Source: Anaeromyxobacteraceae bacterium | GTDB lineage: Bacteria > Myxococcota > Myxococcia > Myxococcales > Anaeromyxobacteraceae | Reading direction: 5' to 3' | DNA: 64,000 nucleotides | Assembly (NCBI GenBank): GCA_047602405.1 | Contig: JASGHJ010000001.1 | Coordinates: 1,312,001-1,376,000 of the forward strand | Position numbers and translations under genes: made by a program | In this document: positions 42,629 through 52,489 of the stretch, one piece after another | How the letters are laid out: each line of letters starts with the position of its first letter | Numbering within the stretch: position 1 is the stretch's first letter | Notes under the pieces: model-generated | Databases searched by the model: none | Seen by the model: only the letters and a program-made list of their open reading frames with translations | What the model was told of the DNA's origin: nothing

Positions 42629-45600
42629 CTACGGCGCGTACACGAAGATCGTGGGCGTCGGCAGCACCGCGTCGTTCCAGAAGACCCGCCCGCTCGGCTC
42701 GACCACGGGCCCGGACTTCGTCGAGTAGTGGCTGCTGACCTCGACGCCGTCGTCGGCCGGGTTCACGCTCGGGATCGCGGGGTAGGGCGCGTTGAGGTTG
42801 CGCAGGTAGACCGAGAGGCCGCCCTGCGAGCCCGGCGCGACCCAGACCACCTGGCTCCCGGCGAGGTCGAAGTCCACCGAGGTCGAGTTGAACGGCCCGA
42901 CCTGCACGAGCACGTCGTCGGTGGTGTTGAACCGGTGGTCCACGCCCGCGTCGACGGCGATGAGGAACCAGCTCGTGGTGAAGCCGGGCGGCTTGTTGTT
43001 CGGATCCGCGATGAGGATCCGGTCCCCGGACAGCTTGAAGTAGAAGGCCTGGAGCTGCGTCGCGGTGCCCGGGTAGGTGAGCACGGCCGTCGTGTCGTCC
43101 GCCGTGCCGAAGAGCCCGTCGGCGCCAGCCTCGAGGAGGCAGACCCGGTTCGTGCCGGCCGCGGTGGTGCACTCCCAGGCCGCGTGCCGCGCGGAGACGC
43201 CGAGGTTCTTCGAGCCGCCGGCCGGGAGCGAGGAGCCCGCCGGCGCGGTCGCCGTCACCCGCACCTGGCGGGTGACGGTCGGCGCGACGGGGTCGGGGTC
43301 GACGTCCGAGACCACGACGCCGAAGGTCGTCCCCGGCGCGTCGACGGCGGGGTAGATCACCCGGTTGTCGCCGACCGCGATGCCGATGTTGCTGCCGATG
43401 ATGTTGCCGCTGTAGCCCCAGCCCGCGAGGTCCACCGCGAGGCGCGGCGGGGCGGACGGGGTGAAGAAGTCGCCCGAGGGGTCCTTCACGTTCACGTAGA
43501 CGTGACCGCCAGTGTTCCCCGCGGCGAGGGACTCGCCGTACGCGACGATCGGGCCGTCCGCGTCGAGGCCGCGGAAGCTGCCGCACGACGGGCAGGTCGT
43601 CTCGAGGCCATCCGGCATGCGCGCGGTGAGGCCGGTCCGCCCGGAGAAGACGAGCGCGCCGGCCCGGTTCGAGCGGAGCTGCGCGTTCGTCGAGCCGGTG
43701 AGGGTCTCCCAGCGCAGGGTGGTGAGGTCGGCGGCGTGGAGGTCGTCCTCGGAGCCCGAGGTGACCGTGAAGTAGACCCGGCCGTCGTGGATCGACGGGG
43801 ACCGGCGGTTCGCCGTCGTGGGCAGGAGCAGCGCGTAGGAGTCGTCGCCGTCGGGGGCGTTCTGGGCCTGGAACGCGCCGTCGGCGCCCGCGTACCAGTG
43901 GCCGATGTAGCTCGTCGGGCCGGACGAGCCGATGAGCGCGACGTGGCCCGCGTCGATGGAGAGCTGGCTCGGCGAGAGGCCGGACGAGCGCGTCACCTCG
44001 GCGGGGTCGTCGCCGGTGCCCGGGCCCTCGAAGAGGCCGTTCGGGCCCGGCCGCCAGACGTGGATCGTGCCGCCGGTGTCGACGATCGCGAGCAGGCTGC
44101 CGTCGCGGTTCACGTCGATCCAGTTGCCGCTCGGGCCGATCGTGAGCGGGTTCGAGATCGTCGTCGTGGCGCCGCCGAAGCCAGCCGCGCCGGCGCTGAC
44201 GATCGTCCAGTTGCCGGAGGTGGGCCCGTTGTTGAAGGACTGGAGCCGGTAGAGGAGCACGTTCCCGGCGACCTTCACGTAGGCCACGTAGCCGGGGTCG
44301 TTGGCCACGACCTGCGCCGGCGCGCCCACCGTGTCGTCGGAGGTGCCGCAGACGCCGTCCACGCCGGGTTGCATGTCCGCCACCATGACGCGGCCGCGGA
44401 AGTTCGCCCCGAACTCCTGCTCGATCCAGGCGAGGCGCTCGCAGCGGGTGCCGGGGATGATGGTGCCGGACACGGCGTGCATCGTGTAGCTGCCCTGGGC
44501 GGCCCGCACCGTGACCGGCGCGGGCTCGTCCCCGCTGCAGAAGATCCCGTCGGGGCCGGGCCGGCGCAGGAGCACCACGGTGCCGTTCACGTCGGCGTGC
44601 ACCACGCCCGCGGGCGAGGCGGGCTCGGCGGCCACGTTCTCGGCCGAGAAGCTCGAGGTGGTCGCCGACCCGGTGGTCGCGAGCGAGCAGGTCCGGTCGG
44701 TGGCGTCGTACCGGCCGTTCGCGCCGAGCACGGTGAGGTGCGCCGTGAACGCGCCGAAGGCGGAGCTGCCGGTCTTCCAGGTCATGAGCCGGCTGCCCAC
44801 CCGCGCCGTGCGGTCGACCGCGGGGCCGGTGAGGAGCACGTCGAGCACGTCGCCGTTCGCCACCTCCTGCTGCGCGCCGCTGCCCACGTTCCCGGCCGCG
44901 TCGACGGACCGGACCGCGAACCGGGTCGTCGAGGCGCCGCGGAGCGGGACCCGCACGCCGGCGAAGGTGGTGCCGTTGCAGAGCAGGCGCGCGTCGGTGC
45001 AGCCGCAGCTGCACGGGTTGTAGACCACGCGCCCGGTGGTGAGGCTCTTCGGGCGGCAGGCGGGGTTCGGGCAGAGCGGCGCGAAGCCGGCGCCGGTGTC
45101 CACCTCGACCCACGAGATGTCCTGCCAGTTGCCCGCGTTGAGGGGCTGGTCGGTGGCGGGCGCGGTGACGAAGAAGTCGACGTAGTTCGCGTGCACGGTC
45201 ACGTCGGCGGCGTCGTAGACCGGCGCGACGGTGGGGCCCGTCGGCGGCAACAGATCGCTCACGAGCTCGGTGACCGCGAACGCGCTCGCGTTGCCGGCCT
45301 TGTCGCGGGAGCGGGCCCAGACGCAGTTGCGCGCGTTCTGGGTGAGCGACGCCGCGAAGCCGGCCGGGGTGGCGGTGGGGGTGGCCGGGCTCACGCAGGA
45401 GGGCGTCGCGCCGCAGGAGGCGCCGCCGGCGGTGCCGGTGCAGGCCTCGTACTGCAGGAAGTTGGGCGAGGCCTCGGCGCCGGACAGCGTCACCGCCGCG
45501 CTCGTGTCGTTCACCGCGTTGCGGGCCGTGGCGATGGTGGGCGCGGGCGGGAGCGAGCTGTCGAGCACGACGGTCGCGCTCGCCGCCGTGCCGGCGTTGC

Positions 45601-47893
45601 CGGCCCAGTCGACCGCGCGCGCCCAGAGCGTGTAGGTGCCCTCGCCCGAGGAGAGGGAGAAGGTGAGGTTCGCCGGCTGGCCGGCGGTGATGCCCGAGCT
45701 CGTGTCGGCCCACGTCGGCAGCGGGCCGACGAAGGTCTGGTAGCCGCGCAGGTTCGAGCCGGGCGAGGTCGCGTCGGTGGCCTGGGTCGCGATCGGCACC
45801 GAGATCGAGGTGAGGTTCGTGTAGCCCGGCTGCGCGCCGCCCGGGACCGCGGGCGCGCCCAGCACGGGCGAGTTCGGCGCGACGGCGTCGGTGCAGCGGA
45901 ACTGGCCGGGGACGGCCTTCGCCTCCCCTTCGGCCACCACGATCTGCCCGATCGCGGCGCAGGTGCGGTTCGTGCTCGTCGCGGTGACGGTGTACGTGCC
46001 GGGGGGCACCGCGGCCGACCAGGCGCCGCTCGAGGCGGTGGTGGTCGAGGCGGTGAACGACGTGCCGTTGAAGGCCGCGCCGCTCGCCTGGACGGCGACG
46101 TTCGCGCTCGTCGCGTTGTTGCCGCCGCCACTGACGTTGTCCCACAGCACCACCGTGCCGGACGCCGAGCCCGCGTTCACCGGCAGGACGAGCGTGGTGG
46201 CGACGTCGACGTCCGCGTTCGCGACGGCGAGCACCGAGGTCGAGCTCGAGCCGTAGTTCGGCTTGCGCGCCGTGACGGTGAACGGCGCGCCGAGCGCGCT
46301 CACCCGGACCTGCGGGAAGCGGTAGGCGCCGGACGCGTCGGTCACGGCCGCGGCCACGGGCTCGTCGGTGCCGGTGAGCGAGACCACCACGCCGGAGAGG
46401 TCGCTGCCCGGCGAGAAGCCGGTGAGCGCGCCCGCGGAGAGGGAGACGGTGCCGGTGATGGCGCCGCGCGAGGCGGCGAGCGTCACGTCGAAGAGGGTGA
46501 GGTCGCCACCGGGCGACGAGACCACCTGGACCTCCTGCGCGTCCCAGCCGGCCCGCTCGAGGCGGACCACCTGCGCGCCCGAGCCGACGCCGGGGATGAC
46601 CCAGCTGCCGTCGCCCAGCGTGAGGGTGGAGAGGGTGGTGCCGATCACGCGGACGGTGGTGCCGGACAGGCCCGGGGCGGCGAGGCCCTCGGCGAGGCAG
46701 CGCCCCCGGAGCACGCCGGGGATCGCCGAGAGCACCTGGGACGGCGCGCTCACCGTCTTGTGCGAGAGCACGATCGCCTGCGCGTGCTGCGCCGTGTAGC
46801 CGGTCTTCGTGAAGGCGAGGTCGTAGGTGCCCACGGGCAGCGAGCCGACCTGCCAGACCCCGGAGGTGTCGGTGAGCGCGGCGCCGGCGACGGTGGTCGT
46901 CGCGGCCTGCGTGACCGTCACGAGCACGCCGGAGCTGTCGCCCGAGCCCTCGAGCGTCGCGAGGCCGGTGAGGTCACCGGTGTCGCGCACGAGCGTGACC
47001 GCCGGGAGGTCGGTCGTGGTGTGGGGGGCGACGGTGGCGGTGGTGGCGACGGTCGCGTAGTTCGCGAGCTCGAAGGTGACGTTGTACGTCCCGGCGGGCA
47101 CGAGCCCCTGGATGCCCCAGCTGCCGTCGGCGGCGCTCGCGCCGGTGACCTCGAACGGCGAGCCCACGAGCGTGAAGCCCTTCACGCGGACGGTCACGCC
47201 GAGCTGCGTGGCCGCGCCCTGCACGAGCAGCGTGCCCTTCACGCCGCCCGGATCCCAGTCGAGGGCGACCGCGCCGGCGTCGCTGAGCGCGTTGCCGCTC
47301 ACCTGGACCTGCACGCCGGTGGGCGCGAGGAAGCCGGAGCGCGCGACGTTGATCGTCTTCGCGCCGGCGGGCACGCCGGACAGGAGGAAGCCGCCGGCCT
47401 CGTCGGTGAGCGCCGCGCCGGGGAGCCCCTCGACGCTGACCGACGCGCCCGCGAGCGGGGCCGCGCCGAGCGCGCCGAAGGACTTCGAGGTGATGGTGCC
47501 GGACACGCTGCCGCGGGAGACCTTGAGCGCGAGGTCCGGCACGCCGACCGTGCGGGTGCCGTCGTCGAGGGTGACGGTGATGCCCGTGACCGCGACGGTG
47601 TCGTAGCCGGCCGCCACCGCCTGCACCGAGTACGTCCCGGGGGGCACGTCGGCGATCGCGTAGTGGCCCGTCGCGTCGGTGTCGGCGGCGAAGCTCGTGC
47701 CCGGCACCGAGACGTGGACGCCCGTGAGCGAGGGCGCGACCGCGCCGGGCGCCTCGAGGCTCACCGCGCCGGCGAGCGTGGCCCGCGCCTGCTGCGTCGC
47801 GGGCGTCGACGGGTCGAACGGGTTCGTGTGATCGAGGCTGCCGCACGCGCCGAGCACGAGGCTGGCGAAGAGGACCATCGAGCGACGGAGCAT
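42629..47893 (-). CDS. giant surface lipoprotein with carboxypeptidase-regulatory-like (Cna-B-type) repeats, Ig-like domains and C-terminal propeller-like region
   Basis: Lipobox LVLGAC then NPFDP; repeated G.V.G.V..TD..G.Y.I..VP.GTY.V...GY modules; D.AGN motifs; GGAGGG RBS. Confidence 0.88.
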   Translation of the reverse strand: MLRRSMVLFASLVLGACGSLDHTNPFDPSTPATQQARATLAGAVSLEAPGAVAPSLTGVHVSVPGTSFAADTDATGHYAIADVPPGTYSVQAVAAGYDTVAVTGITVTLDDGTRTVGVPDLALKVSRGSVSGTITSKSFGALGAAPLAGASVSVEGLPGAALTDEAGGFLLSGVPAGAKTINVARSGFLAPTGVQVQVSGNALSDAGAVALDWDPGGVKGTLLVQGAATQLGVTVRVKGFTLVGSPFEVTGASAADGSWGIQGLVPAGTYNVTFELANYATVATTATVAPHTTTDLPAVTLVRDTGDLTGLATLEGSGDSSGVLVTVTQAATTTVAGAALTDTSGVWQVGSLPVGTYDLAFTKTGYTAQHAQAIVLSHKTVSAPSQVLSAIPGVLRGRCLAEGLAAPGLSGTTVRVIGTTLSTLTLGDGSWVIPGVGSGAQVVRLERAGWDAQEVQVVSSPGGDLTLFDVTLAASRGAITGTVSLSAGALTGFSPGSDLSGVVVSLTGTDEPVAAAVTDASGAYRFPQVRVSALGAPFTVTARKPNYGSSSTSVLAVANADVDVATTLVLPVNAGSASGTVVLWDNVSGGGNNATSANVAVQASGAAFNGTSFTASTTTASSGAWSAAVPPGTYTVTATSTNRTCAAIGQIVVAEGEAKAVPGQFRCTDAVAPNSPVLGAPAVPGGAQPGYTNLTSISVPIATQATDATSPGSNLRGYQTFVGPLPTWADTSSGITAGQPANLTFSLSSGEGTYTLWARAVDWAGNAGTAASATVVLDSSLPPAPTIATARNAVNDTSAAVTLSGAEASPNFLQYEACTGTAGGASCGATPSCVSPATPTATPAGFAASLTQNARNCVWARSRDKAGNASAFAVTELVSDLLPPTGPTVAPVYDAADVTVHANYVDFFVTAPATDQPLNAGNWQDISWVEVDTGAGFAPLCPNPACRPKSLTTGRVVYNPCSCGCTDARLLCNGTTFAGVRVPLRGASTTRFAVRSVDAAGNVGSGAQQEVANGDVLDVLLTGPAVDRTARVGSRLMTWKTGSSAFGAFTAHLTVLGANGRYDATDRTCSLATTGSATTSSFSAENVAAEPASPAGVVHADVNGTVVLLRRPGPDGIFCSGDEPAPVTVRAAQGSYTMHAVSGTIIPGTRCERLAWIEQEFGANFRGRVMVADMQPGVDGVCGTSDDTVGAPAQVVANDPGYVAYVKVAGNVLLYRLQSFNNGPTSGNWTIVSAGAAGFGGATTTISNPLTIGPSGNWIDVNRDGSLLAIVDTGGTIHVWRPGPNGLFEGPGTGDDPAEVTRSSGLSPSQLSIDAGHVALIGSSGPTSYIGHWYAGADGAFQAQNAPDGDDSYALLLPTTANRRSPSIHDGRVYFTVTSGSEDDLHAADLTTLRWETLTGSTNAQLRSNRAGALVFSGRTGLTARMPDGLETTCPSCGSFRGLDADGPIVAYGESLAAGNTGGHVYVNVKDPSGDFFTPSAPPRLAVDLAGWGYSGNIIGSNIGIAVGDNRVIYPAVDAPGTTFGVVVSDVDPDPVAPTVTRQVRVTATAPAGSSLPAGGSKNLGVSARHAAWECTTAAGTNRVCLLEAGADGLFGTADDTTAVLTYPGTATQLQAFYFKLSGDRILIADPNNKPPGFTTSWFLIAVDAGVDHRFNTTDDVLVQVGPFNSTSVDFDLAGSQVVWVAPGSQGGLSVYLRNLNAPYPAIPSVNPADDGVEVSSHYSTKSGPVVEPSGRVFWNDAVLPTPTIFVYAP

Positions 47894-48318
47894 CTTCCCC
47901 TCCAGAGGGAGCCGGGCGCGCTTGCCCCGCGTCGCAGGGGACGACGCAGGGGCGGGCCCCGGTCGCGCCAGAGTAGGAGGGTCGCGAGGGCGGATCCAGA
48001 CGCCGGTCCGTGGGGCATCGACTTCGGGTGAAAAGGAGTGGAGGTGGGATGAGGTGCGACCGCCCTTCGGGTGAGTGCAATTCGCAAGGTTCGGGGGCGC
48101 GTGATGGCGATCACCGGGGGAGGGGCGTCAGGCGAGAGCGAGGTCGGCGGCTGGAAGGTCTCGTGGGAGGAAGTCGGGCAGCCTCGCGGGAGAGGTCCCG
48201 CGGCCGGTCGGCCTGGAGGAATGAAGTCCGCGGATGGGCGGCTTGATGATCACTCTCCCCCATCGGGGGACGGGGACCTGGAGTGAACGGTCCGCCGGTG
48301 GATGAGGGGCGGCCCCGG

Positions 48319-48942
48319 CTACTCCTCCGAGAGGTGAGCACCCCTCCGCGCGCGGATCACGAGGATCACCGCGGCCATGCCGCCCAGCGCCGCGCCGGCG
48401 TAGGACCCGGCGTGAACGCCCCAGGCCGTCAGGAAGCCCGGGACCTCCGGCCCCCACCCCACGAACGCCGCGGCGCTCTCCTCGAGCCCGAGACCTGCAA
48501 ACCGAAAGAGAGCCCCGCCTGCGAGGCCGCCCGCGGTGGCGCCCACGACCGGAACGAGCGCGATCCGGCCGAGGCTGGCGTACGGGAGCGGGGGCCACCG
48601 GCTGGACGGGTTGTTCGCCACGAGCAGCGCCGTGCCGAGCAGCAGCCCGACCCAGTACGAGCCCTTCACCGCGACGAGCGCGACGGCGAGGCGGAACGGC
48701 AGCGCGCTCGCGCGGACGCCCTTCGCCTCCAGGAAGTAGCCGGGCGAGATCGCGGCGGTGAGCTCGTCGTTCAGGATCGCGTAGATGATCGCGCCAGCGG
48801 AGGCGGCGAGCAGGAAGGCGTACTCGCGCAAACGCGGGCTCTGCCGCCCGCGGCGGACGGCCTCCCGGAGCGCGAGCACCGCGAAGAACGCAAGCCCGAG
48901 GGCGAGCCGGATCGGGAGCGCGCGTTCGTAGGCGTCGAGCAT
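48319..48942 (-). CDS. hypothetical integral membrane protein
   Basis: 207-aa ORF with several hydrophobic segments; TAAGCT lies 10 nt upstream of the ATG. Confidence 0.7.
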   Translation of the reverse strand: MLDAYERALPIRLALGLAFFAVLALREAVRRGRQSPRLREYAFLLAASAGAIIYAILNDELTAAISPGYFLEAKGVRASALPFRLAVALVAVKGSYWVGLLLGTALLVANNPSSRWPPLPYASLGRIALVPVVGATAGGLAGGALFRFAGLGLEESAAAFVGWGPEVPGFLTAWGVHAGSYAGAALGGMAAVILVIRARRGAHLSEE

Positions 48943-49006
48943 CGAAAGTCCGAGCTTAACCCGGCCCGAGTCCCGGATGGGGGATCTTGCTGGGGCCCAG
49001 CGGAAA

Positions 49007-49036
49007 TGTCAGACCCGTACTGCACACTGGTACAGT
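49007..49036 (+). promoter_or_regulatory. candidate DNA-damage-responsive promoter (TGTCAG-N10-CACACT overlapping a CTG-N10-CAG LexA-like box)
   Basis: TGTCAG 49007-49012, CACACT 49023-49028 and TACTGCACACTGGTACAGT 49018-49036, immediately before ATG 49038. Confidence 0.55.
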
Positions 49037-49037
49037 C

Positions 49038-50793
49038 ATGGTCGAGGGCTCCGCCACCCCTGAGGTCGGCTCCGAAACCCCGCCCGTCGGCGGCTTCGTC
49101 GCGCTCGACGCCCTCGCCGTGCGCGTCGCCCGCGATCGCGGCGCGCTCGACCTCGCGATCGGCCAGAAGCTCGGCGAGCTCATGGACGTCTCCGGCGAGC
49201 TCGAGCTCGGCTACTCGCAGATCACCGACTTCGCGCGCGAGAAGCTGGGCCTCAAGGCTGCCTTCGTGCGCCGGCTCGTGCGCTTCGAGCAGAAGCTCCG
49301 CAAGCGCCCGCTCCTCAAGGCCGCGGTGTTCGCGGGCGAAGTCTCGCGGAGGAAGGCCGAGGAGATCCTGAAGGTCGCCATCGGCGACGAGGAGGCGCGC
49401 TGGGTCGAGGCCGCGAAGGTCTCGACGGTGCGGCAGCTCGAGGCGGCGGTGAAGGCGGTGCAGGAGCAGAAGGGCGCCGGGGGAGACGGCGCCGCGAGCG
49501 ATAGCCCGGCGACCGCCGCCGCAGCCGGGGAGGACGAAGACAAGGAGCCGGTCTGGCTCCACATCAAGAAGTTCCTGGGCCCGAGGGCGCTCGGCTGCGT
49601 CCGCGCCGCGGTCGACCTCGCGAGCTACCTCGACGAGGCGCCGCGCACAATCGCCGAGTGCCTGCGCTTCATGGCGATGGAGTACCTCTCCTCCCACCCC
49701 GCACCGCTCGACGGCGAGCTCCGCGGCCCGAAGTGCACCGGGCTCGGCCGGCCGGTCGAGCCGAACCCGGAGCTCCGCGCCGGGTACGAGGCCAGGTCGA
49801 ACGCCTGGGCGGAATCTCGTGCAGGCCGAGCCTGTCCCGGCACCCGCGCTCGAGAAGACCTGGCCGCCCGACTCCTACGCCCTAAAGGACGAGCTCATCG
49901 AGCTCGTCCGCCAGCGGAACGACCGGGACGAGAAGCTCGGCAAGGTCTGCCTGGAGGTGAAGACGACCCGCGCCTGGCGCGCGCTCGGGTTCGCCACCTT
50001 CCAGCATTACTGCGACGAGCGGCTCGGGCTCGCGGTGTCCACGGTGAAGAACCGCATCGCGCTCGAGCAGAAGTGCCAGGAGCTCCCGGAGCTCCGCGAG
50101 GCGATGCGGTCCGGGAAGCTCTCCTACGAGCAGGCGCGGTTGGTGTCGAAGCTCGCCACGGCGGAGGACGTCGCCGCGAAGATCGAGGAGGCCGCCGGGA
50201 AGACCTGCATCACGCTCCAGCGGGAGACGATGGCGGAGCTTCACAGCCAGATGTGGAACAGGGACTACCTCGACGTCTTCGTCACCGAGGAGATCGACGG
50301 CCTCCTCGCGGAGGCCGTCCAGGCCGCCCGGAAGGCCGCGGGGCACTGGATACCCCTCCCGGACGCGATCGAGGCCATCGCGCGGCACTGCGTGGAGGTC
50401 TGGGCGCCGATCGTGCACGAGAAGCTGAAGAACGCGCACCCGGTGATGGTGCGTGACGGCGGCGAGTGCACGGTGGCGGGCTGCTCACGCGTCGGCGACG
50501 ACGTCCACCACATCGTGTTCCGCTCGCAGGGCGGCGACGACTCGGACGAGAACCAGACCGGCATGTGCAAGCCGCACCACCTGCGCGGGCTCCACGCCGG
50601 GAACATCTCCGTGTCCGGCTCCGCGCCGGACAGGCTGACCTGGATCCTCGGCTGGCGGGAGGTCGCCGCGGCGAAGGAAGGCTTGCCGTGGAAGGTCGTT
50701 CAGGAGGCGACGCAGGAGGCCGTGGAGGATGCGGAGGACGCAGGGGTAGCCGAGCCGGCCGACCAGGCCGTGGGAGGTGCCGACCCCCACTGA
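49038..50793 (+). CDS. HNH endonuclease with duplicated DUF222-like N-terminal domains; apparent frameshift at 49812-49816
   Basis: C-terminal RDGGECTVAGC..DVHHIVFRSQGG..DENQTGMCKPHH. Two similar upstream blocks (LGYSQITDFAREKLGL and LGFATFQHYCDERLGL). Reading GAATC as GATC restores NAWADLVQAEP. Confidence 0.85.
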
Positions 50794-51219
50794 TCACGGA
50801 TCCAGCAAGCGCGCCCTCAGCCCAGGCTCCGGCAGCGCGCACGCCGGTGCCGGCGGGAAGAAGCGCCGGCGGTGCTGCGCGATGAAGCGGTAGGCCGCGT
50901 CGAGGAGCGGCCAGGGCAACACCGCGAGGGCGCGCAGCCAGCGCCACGGACGCGGGAGCTGCGAGGCGACGAAGAGGGCGCCGCGCGAGCGGATCAGCGC
51001 CTCGGGATGAGCGCCGCGCCAGTCGCGGAGGAGGACGAACGTCGACGGGTCGGGCGAGGAGACGACCCCCGCCCGCGCGAGCGCCGCCCGCCCGGTCTCA
51101 CCCTGGAGCGACGCGAACGCGAACAGGCCGGCCGCGTCCCGCCGCGCGACGAACCGCACGAGCCGGCTGCACAGCCCGCAGGTGCCGTCGAAGAGGACGA
51201 GGTGCTCGCCAGCGCTCAC
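50794..51219 (-). CDS. DCC-family thiol-disulfide oxidoreductase (DUF393)
   Basis: VLFDGTCGLC (DxxCxxC), FASLQ and YRFIAQHR; the GTG start overlaps the GT87 gene stop. Confidence 0.88.
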   Translation of the reverse strand: MSAGEHLVLFDGTCGLCSRLVRFVARRDAAGLFAFASLQGETGRAALARAGVVSSPDPSTFVLLRDWRGAHPEALIRSRGALFVASQLPRPWRWLRALAVLPWPLLDAAYRFIAQHRRRFFPPAPACALPEPGLRARLLDP

Positions 51220-52427
51220 GAGGAAGACAGCGTAGCGCCGCGCCAGAGCCGCCGCACGAGCCACGCCGCGAACCCGAGCCACACGAGCGAGCGCGCGATG
51301 TTCCCCGGGTGCCAGACGAAGTCCCGGAACCAGGGATCCCACCGCAGCGCCCGCACCTGGAACGCGAGGTGGAAATCGACGACCGACACGAGCGCGAGCG
51401 GCCAGAACCACGCGCGCGGCGCCCCGGCGAGCGCACCGGCCAGGAACCCGTACAGCGCGTACTGCGGCGACCAGATCTTGTTCGTCGCGATCCAGACGAC
51501 GAGCGCGAGCGCGGTGCCGACGCGCACGGCGTCGAGCCAGGGGGCGTCCGCGCCCGAGGCGCCGGTCCCCTCACCCGCGCCGCCGGACCGCCGCGCCGCG
51601 CGGTACGCCGCCAACGCCGCCGCGAGCGTCGCCACCACGAACGGCGCGGTCGAGAGCGCCTCGAGGAGCGGGCCGGGGACGAGCCCGAGCGCGTCCCACA
51701 GCGAGTTCTCCGCCCCCCGCCCCGCGTTGAAGCGGAAGAACCACGTGTACCCGTCCCACGCCGCGAGCGCGACCGGCGCGTTCAGGAGCACGAGCGTCCC
51801 GGCCCCCGCCACCGCGAACGCCACCGCGCCGCGCTCGAGCCCGCGCGCGCCCGGCTCGCGCCGCCCGAGCAGGCCCGCCCACGCCGCGGGTGCGAGCACC
51901 GCCGGGAAGAGCTTCGCGGTCACGCCCGCCGCGGCCAGCGCGCCCGCGCCGCCGGCCCGGCCCCGCGCGAGCGCCAGCACCGCGAGCGCGACGAGCGCGA
52001 TCGGCAACAGGTCCCAGTTGAGCCCCGCGTAGTAGACGAGCGCCGGCGTCGCGCCGAGCCAGAAGGCGTCCGCCCCGTCCGTGCGCGCGAGCGCCCACAG
52101 CGCCGCGGCGAGGCAGAGCGCGAGCAGGGCGTACGTCACCGTGAAGTGCCCGATGGCCCCGCTCGGCGCCCACGACGGCAGCCACAGGAAGAGCCCGAGC
52201 AGCGGCGGGTACTCGATGTGGTCGTGCAGGTACGGGAGGGGGTGCGCCCCGCCGAGGTACCGGTCGCCGTGCAGCGCGATGATGTCGGAGTAGCAGTGGT
52301 GCTGGAACGCCCAGAACCGGTAGCCGCCGCCGGTGTGCCACGCCCCGCGCGCGACGTTCACGTAGCCGATCGCGAGCCACAGCGCGGCGAGGAGCGCGAC
52401 GGATCTCGGCAGGCGGCGCGCGGACAC
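51216..52427 (-). CDS. GT-C superfamily glycosyltransferase (GT87/DUF2029-like)
   Basis: CYSDI, IEYPPL, NWDLL, AKLFP and KIWSPQY; multi-TM. GTG 52427 is preferred as the start because TACCTT lies 8 nt upstream. Confidence 0.8.
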   Translation of the reverse strand: MSARRLPRSVALLAALWLAIGYVNVARGAWHTGGGYRFWAFQHHCYSDIIALHGDRYLGGAHPLPYLHDHIEYPPLLGLFLWLPSWAPSGAIGHFTVTYALLALCLAAALWALARTDGADAFWLGATPALVYYAGLNWDLLPIALVALAVLALARGRAGGAGALAAAGVTAKLFPAVLAPAAWAGLLGRREPGARGLERGAVAFAVAGAGTLVLLNAPVALAAWDGYTWFFRFNAGRGAENSLWDALGLVPGPLLEALSTAPFVVATLAAALAAYRAARRSGGAGEGTGASGADAPWLDAVRVGTALALVVWIATNKIWSPQYALYGFLAGALAGAPRAWFWPLALVSVVDFHLAFQVRALRWDPWFRDFVWHPGNIARSLVWLGFAAWLVRRLWRGATLSSS

Positions 52428-52489
52428 GCCCGGCGAAGGTAGCACGCACGCCGCGAGACGGCGCGAACGAGACGCGCTAAGTAATCGAG

